A stretch of 32,000 bases of DNA from Nanobdellota archaeon (lineage in GTDB: Archaea > Nanobdellota > Nanobdellia > Nanobdellales > Nanobdellaceae). This document shows, in pieces, positions 29,207 through 32,000 of the stretch (within the stretch, counting starts at the first letter, position 1; the number at the start of each line of letters is the position of its first letter). The notes under the pieces are model-generated. The model made no database searches and had not been told where the DNA came from. It saw nothing but the letters and a program-made list of their open reading frames with translations. The stretch is from positions 180,001-212,000 of the forward strand of contig AP031373.1 in the NCBI GenBank assembly GCA_042850255.1. Direction: 5' to 3'. Position numbers and translations under genes: made by a program.

Positions 29207-31144
29207 TTATAACTCTGATATATTTACTATATCATGGTTAAATCTTTCATCAAAATATTTTTCTAATTCATTTATATTTACCCTTATTTGTTGTTTTGTA
29301 TCCCTAAATCTAATTGTTACAGTATTATCTCTTAATGTTTGATCATCAACAGTAATACAATATGGAGTCCCAATTTCATCTTGTCTTCTATATCTAACCC
29401 CAATTCTTCCAGAATCATCATAATATACATCAAATTTTTTTCTTAATTTATTATAAATCTCTTTTGCAACTTTTATATGATTTTCATTATTTTCTAATAA
29501 AGGAAATACTGCAACTTGTATTGGGGATAAATATTCTGGTAATTTTAATATATTATCATAAAATATATCTAATAGTGAAAATATATTTCTATCAACTCCA
29601 AAAGATAATTCCAATTCTACAGGAATAAATCTTGTTCCATCATTTCTTGTTACAATAAATCTTCTATCCTTTGATAATATAAAATGATTCCATAAATCAT
29701 ATCCAACAAATATTTCTTCTCTTGTAAATAATTTCATTACATCTTCTCTTATTTCTTTATCAACTTTTTCAATTATATTAGGTTTTAATTTTAATACTCT
29801 AAAATGTATTCCTCCAACTTCTGTCCATCCAATCTCATCTAAGTATAATTCTAAATCAAAATGATATAAATTATAGAAAGATTTTTCATTATCTGCTAAT
29901 TGGTAAAACCTTATCCTTTCCTTTGGTATTTTTAATATTTTTGTATAAAAGCTAAATACTTTATATAAAAAGTATAAATAAAATTTATCAATTCCTGTTT
30001 CTTCATATATTTCCTTCAAACTTTTTTCTTCAAATTGTACATTCTTTTCTCTATCTTTTACTAATAATACATTTATATATTGATCATCATATAAATCAAA
30101 TTCTCTTTCAAATGGATTATTATAATAATCAAAGAATATTTGTAATTCTGCTTGAGTAAATTCTCTCATTCTAATTAATCCATTTCTTGGAGATATTTCA
30201 TTCCTAAATGCTTTTCCTATTATATATAATCCTAATGGTAATCTATATCTATTTATTATAAATTCTATTGGAAAATTAATATAAACTCCTTGTGCAGTTT
30301 CTGGTCTTAAATACATTTCATTATTTTTTAATCTATTATATTTATCTATTAATTCTATTATATCATCAAAATTAAATTCTAAATCTATATATTCTAATTT
30401 ATCAAACATTTCTTCTATATAATTTATTTCTTCATTATTTATTTCTAAATTTTCAGGATAAATAAAATACTCTTTAGAATTATTATCATATTTTATTATT
30501 ATACTTTTACCTTCATCAAATATATATGTTATATTTTCTTTATTTAATCCAAATAATTTTTTATCCTTTAAATATTTTTTATAAATATATGAAACTTCTT
30601 CTTCAGTAATTTTTTTATATTTTTTACTTTCTAGATCATATAATATATTAAATTTTCTCTTTATATCTTCTAAATATAAAAATAAATCTGATTCTGGTCC
30701 AACAAATATTGGAAACATTAAATTAAATAATTTAACATTTGATAATTTTTCTCCACATTCTGGACAAACAATTTTTCTTTCATCAAATATTCTATTCATA
30801 TCATTTATTGTCAAACTTTCTGCCTTAATATTTAATTTCTCCTCAATTAATTTATCTGCTCTAAATCTATGCCCATTTCTACATTCAACAATAGGATCAT
30901 TAAATAATTCCAAATGTTTTGATGCAACAAATACATTTTTATGCATTATTTCTGAAGGTTGTAATTCATAAATATTATCAAATAATTTTCCAAAATATAA
31001 TCTCCATAAATATTCAAATCTTTTTTTAAATAAAGTACCTAAAGATCCATAATCATAAAATCCAGATTTTCCTCCATATATTTCTCCAGATTCGTAAAAG
31101 AATCCTTTTTCTTTTGCATATTTAATTAAACTATTTATATCCAT
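29207..31144 (-). CDS. glyS: glycine--tRNA ligase (archaeal/eukaryotic alpha2 type) with an internal insertion of ~120 aa
   Basis: MDINSLIKYAKEKGFFYESGEIYGGKSGFYDYGSLGTL, FNLMFP, YLRPETAQGVYINF, FRNEISPRNGLIRMREFTQAE and an anticodon-binding C-terminus. The ORF track starts at 31198 (MYTFVYSKFFKKNYKLVK-), but alignment to archaeal GlyRS N-termini favours the ATG at 31144. The start remains uncertain. Confidence 0.88.
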   Translation of the reverse strand: MDINSLIKYAKEKGFFYESGEIYGGKSGFYDYGSLGTLFKKRFEYLWRLYFGKLFDNIYELQPSEIMHKNVFVASKHLELFNDPIVECRNGHRFRADKLIEEKLNIKAESLTINDMNRIFDERKIVCPECGEKLSNVKLFNLMFPIFVGPESDLFLYLEDIKRKFNILYDLESKKYKKITEEEVSYIYKKYLKDKKLFGLNKENITYIFDEGKSIIIKYDNNSKEYFIYPENLEINNEEINYIEEMFDKLEYIDLEFNFDDIIELIDKYNRLKNNEMYLRPETAQGVYINFPIEFIINRYRLPLGLYIIGKAFRNEISPRNGLIRMREFTQAELQIFFDYYNNPFEREFDLYDDQYINVLLVKDREKNVQFEEKSLKEIYEETGIDKFYLYFLYKVFSFYTKILKIPKERIRFYQLADNEKSFYNLYHFDLELYLDEIGWTEVGGIHFRVLKLKPNIIEKVDKEIREDVMKLFTREEIFVGYDLWNHFILSKDRRFIVTRNDGTRFIPVELELSFGVDRNIFSLLDIFYDNILKLPEYLSPIQVAVFPLLENNENHIKVAKEIYNKLRKKFDVYYDDSGRIGVRYRRQDEIGTPYCITVDDQTLRDNTVTIRFRDTKQQIRVNINELEKYFDERFNHDIVNISEL

Positions 31145-31227
31145 TTTAACTAATTTATAATTTTTCTTAAAAAATTTACTGTATACAAATGTATACATTT
31201 ATAAATAACAAAAAGAATTATATTATT

Positions 31228-31470
31228 ATGAAAAAGTCTGTTGTAGTATCAATAAGGATACCTGAAAAATTAAAGAAAGAATTAGAAAAATATAAAATAA
31301 ATCCTAAAGAGGCTTTTTATTTAGGGGCTGAATTATTGATAAATAAAGAAAAATCAAAAGAAGAAGATATTAGTATCAAAAAATATTATGAAAAAATGAA
31401 AGATAAATTTAAGAAAATAACAACAGAAGATATAGTTAAATCGATAAGAGAAGATAGAGGAGAAATATAA
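31228..31470 (+). CDS. ribbon-helix-helix-like antitoxin paralogue 1 (VapB-like)
   Basis: MKKSVVVSIRIPEKLKKELEKY is an RHH-type beta-strand plus helix. The C-terminus ITTEDIVKSIREDRGEI is shared with the next ORF. The track ORF begins at 31189, but the upstream TATA (TTTATAA 31197-31203) fits the ATG at 31228. Confidence 0.55.
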   Translation: MKKSVVVSIRIPEKLKKELEKYKINPKEAFYLGAELLINKEKSKEEDISIKKYYEKMKDKFKKITTEDIVKSIREDRGEI

Positions 31471-31491
31471 TTTAAAAACAGCATATTTGCT

Positions 31492-31785
31492 ATGGATATC
31501 GATAATATTGATATAGACAAGGATTTTGAAAAATTAAGAGAAAAATTATTAGCATATAATATAATAGTAATTAAAGTATTTCCTGATATAATAAAAAAGA
31601 TGAAAATATATAATATAGATCCTGAAGCTGCATTTATTACAGGATTTATGGAATTATTAGGAAAGAAGATTCCTAAAGATATTAAATTAAATATAGATAA
31701 AGATCCTGAATTATATAAGAAATTAAAAGAAATAAAAATAGAGGATGTTGTAAGAATGATAAGAGAAAGTAGGGGAGAAATATGA
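31492..31785 (+). CDS. antitoxin paralogue 2 (VapB-like), translationally coupled to the PIN gene
   Basis: The C-terminus IKIEDVVRMIRESRGEI parallels paralogue 1, and NIDPEAAFITGFMELLGKK parallels INPKEAFYLGAELLINK. The stop overlaps the ATG of the PIN gene (ATATGA). Confidence 0.55.
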   Translation: MDIDNIDIDKDFEKLREKLLAYNIIVIKVFPDIIKKMKIYNIDPEAAFITGFMELLGKKIPKDIKLNIDKDPELYKKLKEIKIEDVVRMIRESRGEI

Positions 31786-32000
31786 AAAGAGCAGATATAT
31801 ATATTTTTGATGCATCTTCAATCTATGAATCATTTATAAGCAATAATTATGGAATACTATATGGAAATATAACTTTAAACTATGCAATATTTGAATTGGG
31901 AAATATAATATATAAACATACAAATTTATTAAAAATATATGACTATCAAGAAGCCATAGAAGGAATGAAAAATATTATTAAAATATTAAGAAAAATGAAA
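31782..32000 (+). CDS. vapC: PIN-domain ribonuclease (VapC-like toxin), 5' part; runs off the window
   Basis: My translation: MKRADIYIFDASSIYESFISNNYGILYGNITLNYAIFELGNIIYKHTNLLKIYDYQEAIEGMK... It has the first acidic residue in the IFDAS context and the FELGN(I)IYK motif (yEvgNalwk) of archaeal VapC. Confidence 0.7.
   Translation, partial: MKRADIYIFDASSIYESFISNNYGILYGNITLNYAIFELGNIIYKHTNLLKIYDYQEAIEGMKNIIKILRKMK

Noticed and set aside
29191-29217. ATGATGC ... CTGA pair between glyS and the phosphorylase gene that resembles half a C/D sRNA
   Set aside because: The C box is imperfect (its last base is C), the spacer is 16 nt, and there is no second box pair. The region is more simply the phosphorylase promoter (TTTATAA about 27 nt upstream of the ATG).
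30317-30685. Possible intein in GlyRS
   Set aside because: There is no Cys/Ser at the insertion N-terminus, no terminal His-Asn followed by a Cys/Ser/Thr nucleophile, and no LAGLIDADG or HNH endonuclease motifs. At about 120 aa, with K/E/N/I-rich composition, it looks like an ordinary insertion.
31145-31227. N-terminal extensions suggested by the ORF track (GlyRS from 31198; antitoxin from 31189), which would make the two divergent genes overlap
   Set aside because: Alignment to archaeal GlyRS N-termini begins at MDINS (31144). The antitoxin has a TTTATAA box about 30 nt upstream of the ATG at 31228. The extensions (MYTFVYSKFFKKNYKLVK and MYTFINNKKNYII) look like translated AT-rich spacer. 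The GlyRS start remains somewhat uncertain.

Overview
This is a very AT-rich, tightly packed archaeal window. Many neighbouring genes overlap by 4-11 nt, and intergenic gaps are mostly under 80 nt. Archaeal identity rests on r-proteins L14e, L34e and L40e, Pth2, FEN1, RNase P protein Rpp21, archaeal-type TrpRS and GlyRS, SecY, and two C/D-box sRNAs. The structural RNAs (5S rRNA, tRNA-Ser, tRNA-Ala) are strongly GC-rich islands in AT-rich DNA. Together with missing housekeeping genes (no adk or cmk after secY), this suggests a thermophilic, genome-reduced DPANN/Nanoarchaeota-like organism; that is inference, not proven here. About a third of the window is ordinary translation and RNA-processing housekeeping. 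The accessory part is more interesting. (1) Three giant secreted Ser/Thr/Asn/Cys-rich modular surface proteins (6061-9435, 19868-23821, 23898-26219) share a signal-peptide motif and Cys-knotted Ig-like modules. Two of them share a promoter architecture, and two share a C-terminal anchor domain. Perfect nucleotide repeats up to 110 nt occur within these genes and up to 25 nt between them, and one gene carries a DUF2341/lectin block nested inside another module. I read this as a candidate cell-surface or host-adhesion system. (2) An unrecognisable 557-aa protein is paired with a 692-aa endonuclease-IV-like TIM barrel. That barrel is split by an insertion of about 330 aa, has a Tyr-rich tail, and lies immediately upstream of secY. 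(3) Two C/D-box sRNAs are missing from the ORF track; one is wedged exactly between two convergent genes, with its C box overlapping a stop codon. (4) Several enzyme oddities appear: an alpha-glucan phosphorylase whose PLP lysine is Arg, a GlyRS with an insertion of about 120 aa, and a cysteine-free DJ-1/PfpI-like protein. No CRISPR array, transposase or integrase was seen. All homology calls come from motif recognition by eye; no searches were run.
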